DNA of 64,000 nucleotides from Candidatus Babeliales bacterium (GCA_963762115.1 CAVXJH010000003.1:64001-128000), one strand, 5' to 3'; numbered from the stretch's first letter, positions 9,577-20,374 are shown. Notes: a model not told the origin generated them from the letters alone. Program-made: numbers and translations.

Positions 9577-10050
9577 ATGGGGTTTTTTATGATAAATAAA
9601 AATTTTTTATGGGTGTTTTTTTGTGTGGCTTCTTTAGGTTCTATTAATTTAGTCAAAGCTGAATCAACATATTCCAGACAGGAACGTGAATATCAGTTGT
9701 TACTATTAAAGCCCGAATTTGCGCATTTTAAAAAACAGTTGCTTATTGATAAAGAATGGGCAGAAAGACATAATATTAATATTGATGATCATCTAAAAAA
9801 GATGTTTAAGGATGCAGCTGAGAATGCTAATTGGGTAAAAGCGAGAATTGTTCACGAAGTTTTTAATAAGACGCAGGAAAAATATTATAGCTTAGGTGAT
9901 ATGATTAATGTTGTTTATGGAGATAAAGAAGAGAAACATGAAAATGAGCAAGAAAAAAGTAAGAAAAGCGATGATGGGATTATTAAATATGTTAATGGTT
10001 ATGCAATGTTGGAAAAAGATGGTAATCAATATTTTGTAGTTAATAATTAA
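9577..10050 (+). CDS. Hypothetical secreted protein
   Basis: Signal peptide ending VKA. Confidence 0.65.
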   Translation: MGFFMINKNFLWVFFCVASLGSINLVKAESTYSRQEREYQLLLLKPEFAHFKKQLLIDKEWAERHNINIDDHLKKMFKDAAENANWVKARIVHEVFNKTQEKYYSLGDMINVVYGDKEEKHENEQEKSKKSDDGIIKYVNGYAMLEKDGNQYFVVNN

Positions 10051-10058
10051 GGTTTGTT

Positions 10059-10808
10059 ATGAATAAAAAGTTTAGTGTTTTATTTTTAAGTTTAATTATT
10101 GCGAATTATCATGTTAGTTTTGGTAAAAAGACAATTGGACCCAGAACTGTTAATACAGGAACTTTACTTGAAAATATTGATAGAAGATTACAAAATGCAG
10201 CTGCGCATGGAAAATTAAAAAAAGTAGAATCATTGATAAATCGTGGTGCTAATGTTAATGCGCAAGATGGTGATGGCCTCACTCCTTTACATTTAGCAGC
10301 AATGTATAGCCATGAAAGTGTTGTTGAAACATTGTTAAAAAACAAAGCTCGTGTTGATATAAATAATGATAATGGCGCAACTCCTTTGATAATGGCGGTA
10401 GCATCAAAAAATATCAATATTATCCGTTTATTGCTTAATGGTAATGAAAGTCTGGTGACAAAAGATTACAATGGCAAAACGGTTTTTTATGTGGATCAAT
10501 GTTCTAAATTCAATAAAAATGCTTTAATGCTAGCCGTTGCTATAGAAGATGAAGAGGCGGTGGAGTTATTATTGGAAAAGGGAGCATTGCCATTCAATAA
10601 TTGTGGGTGTTTTGCATATCTTTCTCAAGATACTAGTAATTTAAGGATTATGGAAAGATTAATAAGAAGGGAAAGAGCATTGAAGGAATCCAACAAAATG
10701 TTTACTAGAACTGGTAGAACATTTGTGTCGGAAGCTTTTATGGGCGAAATACGCAAAAGCCTTAATAAAGAAAAGGTAGATTTAGCTGATGAATCTGCTT
10801 CAAAATAG
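10059..10808 (+). CDS. Secreted ankyrin-repeat protein
   Basis: GANVNAQDGDGLTPLHLAA, NGATPLIMAV, NALMLAV repeats; signal peptide. Confidence 0.92.
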   Translation: MNKKFSVLFLSLIIANYHVSFGKKTIGPRTVNTGTLLENIDRRLQNAAAHGKLKKVESLINRGANVNAQDGDGLTPLHLAAMYSHESVVETLLKNKARVDINNDNGATPLIMAVASKNINIIRLLLNGNESLVTKDYNGKTVFYVDQCSKFNKNALMLAVAIEDEEAVELLLEKGALPFNNCGCFAYLSQDTSNLRIMERLIRRERALKESNKMFTRTGRTFVSEAFMGEIRKSLNKEKVDLADESASK

Positions 10809-10823
10809 TTAATTGAATACTAA

Positions 10824-10873
10824 AATAATAGGAATAAGCGAAAAAAGATTGTTTTTTTGTTTGTTCCTATTAT
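10824..10873 (+). terminator. Probable terminator hairpin after the ankyrin gene
   Basis: ataataggaataagc...gtttgttcctattat imperfect inverted repeat. Confidence 0.55.
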
Positions 10874-10921
10874 CATTTTAAAGTAGATGTTAATAAAATC
10901 ATAAAAATAGCAGTTGTCTCT

Positions 10922-11500
10922 ATGATAGTACTTTTTTTGCCTAGTATCGCCTATTTAATTGGCGCAATTCCAATGGGATTCATAATCGCCCGTTGTGCAG
11001 GTTTTGCTGATATAACGCAGCTTGGTTCTGGTAATATTGGTGCAACCAATGTTGCCCGCATTGCAGGGAAAAAATACTTTCTTTTGGTTTTTTTAGCTGA
11101 CGCGGCAAAGGCATTTTTATATCTTTATTTTTTGCAATGTTGCGAAGTTGCTCTTTCTATGCAATATCTGTGCGCATTATTTCTCATTTTAGGCAATAGT
11201 TTTTCTCTTTTTTTGGGTGGAAAAGGTGGCAAAGGTGTTGCAACTTCGGTTGGCATTATGGCGGCTTTCAATATATACGTGCTTTGTGCAATGCTTTTTT
11301 TGTGGCTTTGCGGTGTTATGAAAACACGTAATATTGGTATATCATCAGTTATAACGCTTTTTTTGTTGCCAATTTTTGTTTTTGTTTTAGTTCAACAAAT
11401 CACTGATTTTTTTCTGCTTACTCTATTTATTTCTTGGTGGGGGATCTGGCGACATGCAGAAAATATTAAACAATTTCTTAAAAGTTTTGAAGCGGCATAA
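10922..11500 (+). CDS. plsY: Glycerol-3-phosphate acyltransferase PlsY
   Basis: GSGNIGATNVAR, GGKGVAT, RH.ENI motifs; multiple TM helices. Confidence 0.95.
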   Translation: MIVLFLPSIAYLIGAIPMGFIIARCAGFADITQLGSGNIGATNVARIAGKKYFLLVFLADAAKAFLYLYFLQCCEVALSMQYLCALFLILGNSFSLFLGGKGGKGVATSVGIMAAFNIYVLCAMLFLWLCGVMKTRNIGISSVITLFLLPIFVFVLVQQITDFFLLTLFISWWGIWRHAENIKQFLKSFEAA

Positions 11501-11609
11501 TATTTTTTTTGTTGTAATTGTTGTAGGGTGCATTTTTTTGCACTGTTCAATGAGCCGTGATATGGTGAATACAAACATCTATGCATCTAAAAATATACAT
11601 GAGGTATCA

Positions 11610-13364
11610 ATGAATTTTAAAAGTGTGGCAGAAGTTTTTGATGCCATTAATCAAGTAAGTTCTCGTTTACAAATTACTGAGTTGCTCGCCAATTTATTCA
11701 AAAAAGCTACGCCAACTGAGGCGCGAATATTAAGTAATATCTCGTTGGGTATGTTGCGTCCGCCGTATGAAGGCACGCAATTTAATATTGCTCAAAAAAG
11801 TATGATAAAAATTATTGCATCATTAACTCATCACACCGTTGCTACTATTGAGCATGAATCAAAAAAATTGGGTGATTTGGGATTGGTTGTTTCAGCGTTA
11901 TATAAAGATCAATCTGAACAATCAATGACGGTGTTACAAGTATTCAAAAAACTTGAAGAACTTGAAGCAATTAGTGGCACTGGTTCGCAAGAAGAACGCC
12001 TTCAGTTGATTGTTGCGTTGCTCAATGATCTTGATCCTTTATCTGCTCAATATGTTGTTTCAATTATTTTAGGCACTTTGCGACTTGGTTTTTCTGATAT
12101 GACCATTATTGATGCTTTATCATGGATGGAAGTTGGTGATAAGAGTATTCGATCTGAACTTGAGACGGCGTATAATATTTGTGCTGATATTGGTTTGATT
12201 GCGCAAACGCTCAAAGAAGGGGGCTTAAAAGCAATTAAACATATGAAAACAACGGTGGGCATACCAATTCGGCTTGCGGCTGCAGAACGATTGCCAAATG
12301 CGGAGGCAGTTTTTGAAAAAATTGGTAAATGCATTGCGCAGCCAAAACTTGATGGCTTCCGATTGCAAGTGCATCTTGATAAAACACATCCAAGAAAACC
12401 TATCATTAAATTCTTTTCTCGTAATCTTATTGATATGTCAGCTATGTTCCCTGATTTGGTGAGTGCTTTTGAAGAGCTCGATGTGGAAACATTAATTGTA
12501 GAAGGTGAAGCAATTGCTTATGAACCGGAAACAGGAAGTTTTGTGCCATTCCAAGAAACAGTAAAACGAAAAAGAAAACATAATATTGAAAAAGCTGCAG
12601 AGGATTTGCCCTTGCAGTTATTTTTGTTTGATATTCTCTATTTAAATGGTCATGAATTGATTAATGAGCCGCATGCAACGCGGCGTGATAAACTAGCTCA
12701 TCTTTTAAAGAAAAATGTGGATCCTGCACTTAAACTTATTCCAGAAGTTGAAATTAAATCAGCAAAAAGTCTTGAGCATTATTTTTATGAAAATGTTTCA
12801 GCAGGCCTTGAAGGTGTTATGATAAAAAAGGATGATGCTGTGTATCAGGCTGGTAAAAGAAATTTTAATTGGATTAAGTTAAAACGGATTACGCAAAGTC
12901 ATTTGGAAGATACGATTGACACGGTAATTTTGGGGTATTATCCAGGTGCAGGCAAACGTGTTCATTTTGGTATTGGCGCATTTTTAGTTGGTGTTTATAA
13001 CAAATCAACTGATTCCTATCAAACAGTTGCCAAAGTTGGTACTGGGTTAAAAGATGATGAGTGGAAAGAGTTACGCATGAAATGTGATACATTACGCGTT
13101 GCCAAAAAACCTATTAACGTTGATTGTGCCAAAGAATTGTATCCTGATGTGTGGGTGAATCCGGAACTTGTTTGTGTTGTTCGAGCAGATGAGATTACCT
13201 TATCACCATTACATACCGCCGGCAAAACTGATGAGAAGCTTGGATTTGCTTTAAGGTTTCCCCGTTTTATGGGTTATCGGCCTGATAAAGATGCTGAGCA
13301 AACAACATCGCCAAAGGAATTGGCACAGCTCTATAAAGATCAATATGAAAAAACTCAAAAATAG
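11610..13364 (+). CDS. lig: ATP-dependent DNA ligase, archaeal/eukaryotic-type architecture (DBD + adenylation + OB); possible upstream start at 11487
   Basis: Motif I QPKLDGFR, FDILYLNG, EGVMIK, W.KLK, LRFPRF...R.DK; GAGGT RBS before 11610. Confidence 0.93.
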   Translation: MNFKSVAEVFDAINQVSSRLQITELLANLFKKATPTEARILSNISLGMLRPPYEGTQFNIAQKSMIKIIASLTHHTVATIEHESKKLGDLGLVVSALYKDQSEQSMTVLQVFKKLEELEAISGTGSQEERLQLIVALLNDLDPLSAQYVVSIILGTLRLGFSDMTIIDALSWMEVGDKSIRSELETAYNICADIGLIAQTLKEGGLKAIKHMKTTVGIPIRLAAAERLPNAEAVFEKIGKCIAQPKLDGFRLQVHLDKTHPRKPIIKFFSRNLIDMSAMFPDLVSAFEELDVETLIVEGEAIAYEPETGSFVPFQETVKRKRKHNIEKAAEDLPLQLFLFDILYLNGHELINEPHATRRDKLAHLLKKNVDPALKLIPEVEIKSAKSLEHYFYENVSAGLEGVMIKKDDAVYQAGKRNFNWIKLKRITQSHLEDTIDTVILGYYPGAGKRVHFGIGAFLVGVYNKSTDSYQTVAKVGTGLKDDEWKELRMKCDTLRVAKKPINVDCAKELYPDVWVNPELVCVVRADEITLSPLHTAGKTDEKLGFALRFPRFMGYRPDKDAEQTTSPKELAQLYKDQYEKTQK

Positions 13365-13449
13365 AAACAATGGTAAAATCTTGTTTTATTAGTTCTTTAT
13401 AGCCTACAGTAAATCAAAAAGTAATTATTTTGATTGTAAGGAGAGTGCG

Positions 13450-16400
13450 GTGAAGATTGTAGTAGTAATAAGTAGTCTATTCTTTTTAATCTTTTCTTTA
13501 CAATCACAATCAAATGAGTGTGATACAACTCAATTTGTTGATTGTGCGGGTGAACAATGTGTTCTTGCTGATCTTACTCAATCATATCAAACGGCACTTA
13601 GTTTACTTTCTTGTCTGGAAAAAGAAATACAACAGCTGCCGCAACAAAATCAAATTAGTTTAAAAAAAGAGTCAAATGATGCAAAAATAGCTATTGAGAC
13701 ATTGTATAAAGAAAATACAACAGCAATTGGTCTTTATACAAGTCGTCCTGAACCATTTAGAGGACGAGCCATTAATGCACAAATACGATCTGGCAAGCAG
13801 GCTATTGAATCCAAGGTTAATAAATTACAAACTATCGTTAGTAGTACGCAAAATGCGTTAGGATATACTAAAAAAGCTGAAGAAGATAAACAAAAACGGA
13901 TTAAAGCTGCAAAAGAAGCTGCTGCCTATCACGCTTCTATGATGAAGCTGTTTCAAGATTTAAAACCACTTATGGCGACGTTTAATACTATTTCAGCAGA
14001 AAATTATGCTATTATTTCAGATCTTTATAAAGCAAAAAACTTTGAAGCAAGTTTTGTACCTCGTATTGTAAAAGTCACGCAAGAGTGGCAAAAACTTACA
14101 CAACAATTTTCTGAAATATATCAAAAAAACAAGCAACCAATTGCTATTGATGATACAACAAATTATGTAGTATTGAGTATTCGCGCATTGATATATTTTT
14201 ATTCTAATCTTTTAGAAATGCAACTTACTAACATTAATCGTTTGAAAAGAAATGATGCGTATCCGTTCTATAGTTCATTAGTAACACAATTATTGGGAAC
14301 GGGAAAAAGTGCTGATGTTCAGGGGTTGGGGTATGATGCCACTATAAAAAATCTTATTGCAACCTATTTTAAAGACGATCAAGCATATCTGAATAAAGTG
14401 TATTTACAAACAAAAGTAAATTTAACCTATAATCGCTATAAATCATTATTAAATGGCTTGATTGCCCGTGGGGTTGATCCAGAAAAACAGTTGGTTTATG
14501 CTGAGCAATTTTATGCATTAATTATGAGCGATAATAAAGCTTTACCTGCAAATCAACAAGCGGTTGATGCTCGAGCTGCAAGCAGTACTCTTGCATTGTT
14601 ATATGTATTAAGTGCGCAAGCGCAGATGAAAAAAATGCGTCTTGATAAAGATACGCAACCAATGCGTGAAATGGCAATCGCGTATTATAAAAAAGCCGCT
14701 GGTTATTATAAAATCGCTGGTGATGGGAATAATGAACAAAATTGTATTGGTTTATATACTAATTTAACACAAGCGACAGCACTGTTAAAGCAAGCAGAAT
14801 CGGCAAAAAAAAGTAATGATTTAAAGAATGCAATCGATCTTTATACGCAAGCACAAGCGGCATTTCAAAATGCAGGAGATACTGTTGATGCCAGCACAAC
14901 TTCGCTTGTGTTGCTTGATGTTGAAGCGCAATATTATCTTGATCAAGCAAAATCGGTTAGTGATGCTCTGGAAAAAAAAGCGGTAGTATTTACTGATGTG
15001 GTGGTTTCGAGTGGTTCTCCAACCATTGTTCCAGAAAAGAATGCTGCATTTACGACTTTTATTGCTACGTTGAATGAATCTTATAAAAATATTTTTCAAT
15101 ATTATTTAAATATTGTAACAGGGTATCAAACTCGCGCAGACCAAGATTCTTTAACAGCCCCTTCACAGGAAGTGGTAACGCGTGTGCATGTGCTTAATCT
15201 TGCTGCATCAGCAGTACAAAAAATTATCGAAGCAAATACGTTGTTAGTGAACGGGGATGCTGCTCTCAATGCAGGCTCTATCGCTGCTGCTCAAGAATCT
15301 TATAAATCAGCTGTTGTTTTATATCAATTGGCTGATGAATTATATGTAAAAAATCCACAACTTGTTGGCTATATACCGTTGTATCCAGCAACACTTTCTC
15401 TTGATAAAACCACTTCATGGAGTTATGCGCTTATTGCTCAGCGTCATATTACTAAAATGTTTGTTGAGTTAGCAGCTAAAACCACCGATTTAGTGTTAGC
15501 ATTTCATTATTATACGAATGCACAATTGAGAAATCATTATTTAAGCCAAGAAATGCAGCAATTTTTGGATGAAGCGATAAAAAAAATTATGGCACAACCT
15601 GGCATTATGCAAGAGATTTATGCAGCAGCTCAAAAAGCAGAAAAGGAAGCTTTAGCATTATCATCAGATGCTTGGAAAGCCACCATTGGTGTTGGTTATA
15701 GTTCATCGGCTGATAGTGCTTGGGAGCAAGTGCTTCGATTTTATAGCGCATTATATAAAAATGGTGATACGCAGATTAGAGCTGATTATGTAAAAGCAAT
15801 TGATGAATATGCACTGGCATTTGGCACTCATGTCCCTGAATCTTATTATCCAGCATTGGGAACAGCTTTAATTCGTTATCACTCATATGTTCTCTCTATG
15901 GTTGAAAATGATGAAAAGCAAGCTGAACTGGTGTTAAAAAGTATTGATGAGTTAATAGTGCCTTTTTTCCAAACGGTTGAATCATTGGTTGCTGCTGTTG
16001 ACAACAACAGTTTGCTTACTTCTTCATCGGGAAATCAAGAAGAAGTTTTACGTTGGCAACAACGGTTTGATCAAGCATTAGTCCAACAGGAAGATGTATT
16101 AGATGAATTAGCGCAAAACATTGCTCTTGATCAACGAAAAGTCTTGTTATTGTTAGAAAAAACTGTTGACGCACAAGAGGCAATAACTGATACATTCTTG
16201 CCGGCAAAAAAATCAGTTATTTTGGCTAATCCGCCTCTTAAATTAGCTGACGTCACTAAACAATTGGGAGATTATTATTTTCAAAAAAAAGACTATATTT
16301 TGGCGTACCCATGCTATGCAGATGCACAAAATCAATATAAAAATGGTAATAGATATGATAAAGTAACCACTTTGCAACAGCAATTTGATAGTGCAAAAAC

Positions 16401-18399
16401 ACTGTATTATGGTTCATTGTATCGTGATAGTGTTTTGCCACAAGGTTCAATTAAATTTGATTCTTTTAGCGCACCAGCTTCTTATGATTTGAAGATGTAT
16501 AAACAACCGGTGCCAAAAATTGTTGCTGATCAATTTCCTTCTGATGCAACAATAAAAGGGTATTCCAAGGAACAAGTTTCCCAATTTACAATTTCTGTGA
16601 TGATCGATATCTATCTTTATTGGTGGATTAAAGATGCTTTTGGTGAATCAATGTATGCGCAATTGATTGAAGTTATGAAGTCATCATTAGGAAAAGAAAA
16701 AAATGCTATTATTGCCGCGGTAGCAGCTGTTCTTGATGATGAAGATGATCAAGCAAATTGCGTTAATATTATCATGAATGCAAAACAATTTCGTAAAGAG
16801 TTGACTGATCGGGTTGCGCAGAAAAAGACATCATTTTCATTGGAACAAGTGCATGCAAAGGACGGTACTCTTGAATATATCTTATATGAGCTGTACATTC
16901 CAATGCCACAATTTCCTATGGCGCAAATAGATACAACAACTATGTTTTATTTAGAATACCCTTCTGCAAGTTTATTTTACTTGTGGTCTTCTTTGCTTTT
17001 TGCCCCGGGTAAGGATCGTGTTGTAGTGAATAGAGCTTCTTTCACGCCTGGTAATCGTCCTGATCTTTATCAAGAAATACTCGATAAAACTCTTGAGCTT
17101 TATTTTTCAAAGGCGTATGAATATCAGATAAAAATTAATGAACTCAAGGCGAGTGATGCGTATAAAAAACTAATAAAAATGAATAAAAATGATATGTCGG
17201 TAAAAATTGCTGATTATCTAGATTTGCTGAATGGTATAAAAGATAATTATCAGCAAATGATTCTCAATTGTGATAATGCTCTTAATCAAAATTTTATTGA
17301 TAGAACGAGTGCTAAAGGAAAAAGCATAAATACATTAGTTGGCGAATTATGTAAAAAATTGGGCGATGAATTAAGTGTATTTTTAATTGGTGATCCTCGA
17401 TCCGCGGATTATCATGTAACGGTGTTGGATTCTATTTCGGCAGCTTATATCAATGCCATTATCAATTATGGTTATGATCAGAATCTTTATAAAAAATATG
17501 CGGAGTATTGTAAAAATGGTGGCGATATTTTGGTGCAACAGGGTATGTTTTTTGTATCTTCACGATTGTATGTAAAAGCAGAAAAGGCATATCGCAATAT
17601 TACCCCACAAACACCTGAGTTAAGTGCACTTGCTGATGCAGTCGCATTATTGCGATTACAAAATGTTTGTAAGGCCGCAACAATAAATGTTGGACAGTAC
17701 CTTGATGCACGAGTAAATGGTGTGACGATAAAAAATGATGATGGAACAACAACCCAGAAATCGCTTGATCAGATTATTGCTGATTATAATGCGGCCTTGC
17801 AGCAATCAGGTGGCGCAGAAGGTGTAACAGGGCTTGATGCACAATCGACAAAAGCGCTGAATGATTTAAAAGGTAATTTCCTTGATGCGCTCATTTTTTA
17901 TTCAGGTTCTGTCCTCGGTTCAAAAGAACAGTATGTCTTGGGGTTTAGCTTGTTAGCGCAAGGTAATGCCGATAAAATAGATGATTCTGTTATAAAAGAA
18001 TCTGGGAATATGGTGAACGAGTATATGCAAAAAAATGGTATTATTTTTAAAAATGAAATTTCAGTTGATGCGGTAACAACAATCACCTTAGCATTGCAGC
18101 GTTCAAATTTTCCCGATGGTAAAACTATAGCTGAGGTCATTCAACATGGCTTTGATGGCTTTGTGAAAAAGGCTACGTCAACTACGCAAAAAGCAACGGC
18201 CTATCAAGCGTTATCAACCTGGTGTTCATTGCTTTATACGAGTTTTGGCTCATTATATATTAATGACTTTTTGGGTGGCATGCCAACCAAACCTGAAGAC
18301 CTCGTTGCTGCAGTTAGTAATTTAAAAGTTAACGTTGAGACCGAAACAAACGCTATGAATAGTGCAACATGGCAATATATTGATACTGACAATACATAA
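13450..18399 (+). CDS. Giant secreted alpha-helical/TPR-like protein (1649 aa)
   Basis: Signal peptide; recurring A..Y..A...Y..AGD helices; RBS AAGGAG. Confidence 0.8.
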   Translation: MKIVVVISSLFFLIFSLQSQSNECDTTQFVDCAGEQCVLADLTQSYQTALSLLSCLEKEIQQLPQQNQISLKKESNDAKIAIETLYKENTTAIGLYTSRPEPFRGRAINAQIRSGKQAIESKVNKLQTIVSSTQNALGYTKKAEEDKQKRIKAAKEAAAYHASMMKLFQDLKPLMATFNTISAENYAIISDLYKAKNFEASFVPRIVKVTQEWQKLTQQFSEIYQKNKQPIAIDDTTNYVVLSIRALIYFYSNLLEMQLTNINRLKRNDAYPFYSSLVTQLLGTGKSADVQGLGYDATIKNLIATYFKDDQAYLNKVYLQTKVNLTYNRYKSLLNGLIARGVDPEKQLVYAEQFYALIMSDNKALPANQQAVDARAASSTLALLYVLSAQAQMKKMRLDKDTQPMREMAIAYYKKAAGYYKIAGDGNNEQNCIGLYTNLTQATALLKQAESAKKSNDLKNAIDLYTQAQAAFQNAGDTVDASTTSLVLLDVEAQYYLDQAKSVSDALEKKAVVFTDVVVSSGSPTIVPEKNAAFTTFIATLNESYKNIFQYYLNIVTGYQTRADQDSLTAPSQEVVTRVHVLNLAASAVQKIIEANTLLVNGDAALNAGSIAAAQESYKSAVVLYQLADELYVKNPQLVGYIPLYPATLSLDKTTSWSYALIAQRHITKMFVELAAKTTDLVLAFHYYTNAQLRNHYLSQEMQQFLDEAIKKIMAQPGIMQEIYAAAQKAEKEALALSSDAWKATIGVGYSSSADSAWEQVLRFYSALYKNGDTQIRADYVKAIDEYALAFGTHVPESYYPALGTALIRYHSYVLSMVENDEKQAELVLKSIDELIVPFFQTVESLVAAVDNNSLLTSSSGNQEEVLRWQQRFDQALVQQEDVLDELAQNIALDQRKVLLLLEKTVDAQEAITDTFLPAKKSVILANPPLKLADVTKQLGDYYFQKKDYILAYPCYADAQNQYKNGNRYDKVTTLQQQFDSAKTLYYGSLYRDSVLPQGSIKFDSFSAPASYDLKMYKQPVPKIVADQFPSDATIKGYSKEQVSQFTISVMIDIYLYWWIKDAFGESMYAQLIEVMKSSLGKEKNAIIAAVAAVLDDEDDQANCVNIIMNAKQFRKELTDRVAQKKTSFSLEQVHAKDGTLEYILYELYIPMPQFPMAQIDTTTMFYLEYPSASLFYLWSSLLFAPGKDRVVVNRASFTPGNRPDLYQEILDKTLELYFSKAYEYQIKINELKASDAYKKLIKMNKNDMSVKIADYLDLLNGIKDNYQQMILNCDNALNQNFIDRTSAKGKSINTLVGELCKKLGDELSVFLIGDPRSADYHVTVLDSISAAYINAIINYGYDQNLYKKYAEYCKNGGDILVQQGMFFVSSRLYVKAEKAYRNITPQTPELSALADAVALLRLQNVCKAATINVGQYLDARVNGVTIKNDDGTTTQKSLDQIIADYNAALQQSGGAEGVTGLDAQSTKALNDLKGNFLDALIFYSGSVLGSKEQYVLGFSLLAQGNADKIDDSVIKESGNMVNEYMQKNGIIFKNEISVDAVTTITLALQRSNFPDGKTIAEVIQHGFDGFVKKATSTTQKATAYQALSTWCSLLYTSFGSLYINDFLGGMPTKPEDLVAAVSNLKVNVETETNAMNSATWQYIDTDNT

Positions 18400-18460
18400 T
18401 GCGAATTAATCTTATTAATCAGTCAAGTTAATACTTTGTTGATGATAAAATAATCAAAGA

Positions 18461-18582
18461 TGTCATTGCGAACCCTGCTTTCAATAAGCAGGGTGTGGCA
18501 ACCCAGAATTTTGGTAAATTTTTTTTTAATGAACTAATTTTATTATCTGGGTCACCACGTCACTATGTGACTCGTGATGACA
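18461..18582. repeat. REP-like palindromic element (paired arms with internal hairpins)
   Basis: TGTCATTGCGA-[hairpin]-GTGGCAACCCAGA ... TCTGGGTCACCAC-[hairpin]-TCGTGATGACA. Confidence 0.8.
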
Positions 18583-18680
18583 ACGGTGATTATTTCGTTT
18601 ATTTTGAATATCGAGTTTGCGTTAATGATAAATTAAACGGCGCCCTTCATGTATGAACAATTTGTAGTTCAAATAAAGGG

Positions 18681-18740
18681 AAAATAAATAGAATTTTATA
18701 CGCTGGGTTCCCACGGCACAACGTGCCTCGGAATGACATT
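18681..18740. repeat. REP-like arm, reverse-complement copy of ~55647-55706
   Basis: aaaataaatagaattttata..ctgggttcccacggcacaacgtgcctcggaatgacatt. Confidence 0.85.
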
Positions 18741-18893
18741 GCAGGGCTTTGTCAGTTATAGTTGATTACCATGTTTTCTAAATTTTTTATCGAAGTCACA
18801 TTAAATAATCAGGAATGTCATTGCATAATGACATTCTTGTAAAACTTAGTTTTGATAAAAATTATTTATTGTGCACATTAACATTCGTATGCG

Positions 18894-19550
18894 TTATGGC
18901 TCTTGAGGTTTTGTGGTTATAAAAAGATCTGGCGTGCAATGATCGTGATAAAATTTAACTTCATCAACGGGGTCTGTTGCATCAATAATTGATTTGCCAA
19001 TAATGATACCATCAGGCTTGATTTCCATGATTTTATCAATGATGGTGCGAGCAATTTTACCCGATACGAAAATGGGGAGTGTCGTATTACCACGAACAAT
19101 GTCCCATTTATCAAGGAACATAAGTGACGCTTCTTCATCATGAGGTTTATGAAATAAAAGTGCATCAGCACCGAAGCTTTTTGCTTCAAGGGCTGATTGG
19201 CCAAGTGAATTGGCATCAAGTAAATCGAGCATAATTTTACAATTAAGCTCATGTGCCGTGGTGCAGGCAGCGTGAATAACTTGGCTGCTGGTACCCGCCA
19301 TGACCGTTATCCAATCAGCACCGGCATTTGCCAGCAAGGTGACCGTTTCTTGAGCGCGGTCTAAAATCTTTGCATCGACTAAAATGGTTTTATCAGGAAA
19401 GGTTGTTCGAAACCGTTCGACTGATGCAACCCCATATTTATATAATAAAAGTGATCCCACTTCTAAAATACTTACATAGGGGGCAACCTGAGTTGCAATG
19501 GCAATAGCCTTATCTAAATCAGTTAGATCAAATGAAATTTGTAATTTCAT
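18894..19550 (-). CDS. 3-hexulose-6-phosphate synthase / KGPDC-like (OMP decarboxylase superfamily)
   Basis: MKLQISFDL, ILEVGS.L...G, VDAKI.D, AGAD.ITV motifs; substrate uncertain. Confidence 0.85.
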   Translation of the reverse strand: MKLQISFDLTDLDKAIAIATQVAPYVSILEVGSLLLYKYGVASVERFRTTFPDKTILVDAKILDRAQETVTLLANAGADWITVMAGTSSQVIHAACTTAHELNCKIMLDLLDANSLGQSALEAKSFGADALLFHKPHDEEASLMFLDKWDIVRGNTTLPIFVSGKIARTIIDKIMEIKPDGIIIGKSIIDATDPVDEVKFYHDHCTPDLFITTKPQEP

Positions 19551-19627
19551 AGCATTCCCTTAATGAAAATGTTGAACACATACGTTCTTAGTATAACAAT
19601 ATTTGTAAAATTGGCACACATGGGTCA

Positions 19628-20374
19628 TTATTGCGTGCTTATCTGTGAAGCATAATTGGTATCGGATGCTTTTTTACGTACTACATTGATTGGACCAAAA
19701 AATTGGCGGACCTTAAGCGCTGACAATGCTGGCTCTAGAGTATTAATATTTTTTCTTGCAAATAACGTTGGCAAAATCCATTGTTGACTGGTATCAGTGA
19801 GCGTTATGCCCAAGGGTACCACGATATTTTTCGGTTTTGTTAAAATTACAATGGTATTGAGGGGAATAATATTGTCTGTTGGTAAAGCTGTTTCTTGATA
19901 TTCCCAATACACAAGTTTTGTTTGCGCATCCTCTTTGCGTTCTAATGAATACATTTGTGCCGGTGTATTTTTTGATAGTTCCCAATGATGGACGGTATTG
20001 CCTATCATCATGACTGGTTCAATTTGTTCGGTAATAAGAATGTTTAAGACTGGTTTTTGCGTTAATCTTGGTAGGGTGATTTGCCCCAGCATATTGGAAA
20101 CAACAAGATAACCGCTGTAGGTGACCAATATTCCTGTTTGATAATCAGGAGTTTGTCCTTTTACAATTTTATAGGATATTTTACCGGGGGTTGAAATCGT
20201 TTGTTGTAACTTTTCCACGGATTCTTTAGTTTTTTGCTCTGAAATATCATCAATTAAATACGGTTGAATAAAAAAGGTAATAATATGATCAATCGTAGTA
20301 ACGCCGTGACTATTAAAGGTAAATGCAATGGCGCAAACCAGAAAAAGGCATTTTTTTTGCATGTTTGTTTCCAA
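19628..20374 (-). CDS. Hypothetical exported beta-rich protein
   Basis: Signal peptide (..NSHG|); no recognisable family. Confidence 0.7.
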   Translation of the reverse strand: METNMQKKCLFLVCAIAFTFNSHGVTTIDHIITFFIQPYLIDDISEQKTKESVEKLQQTISTPGKISYKIVKGQTPDYQTGILVTYSGYLVVSNMLGQITLPRLTQKPVLNILITEQIEPVMMIGNTVHHWELSKNTPAQMYSLERKEDAQTKLVYWEYQETALPTDNIIPLNTIVILTKPKNIVVPLGITLTDTSQQWILPTLFARKNINTLEPALSALKVRQFFGPINVVRKKASDTNYASQISTQ

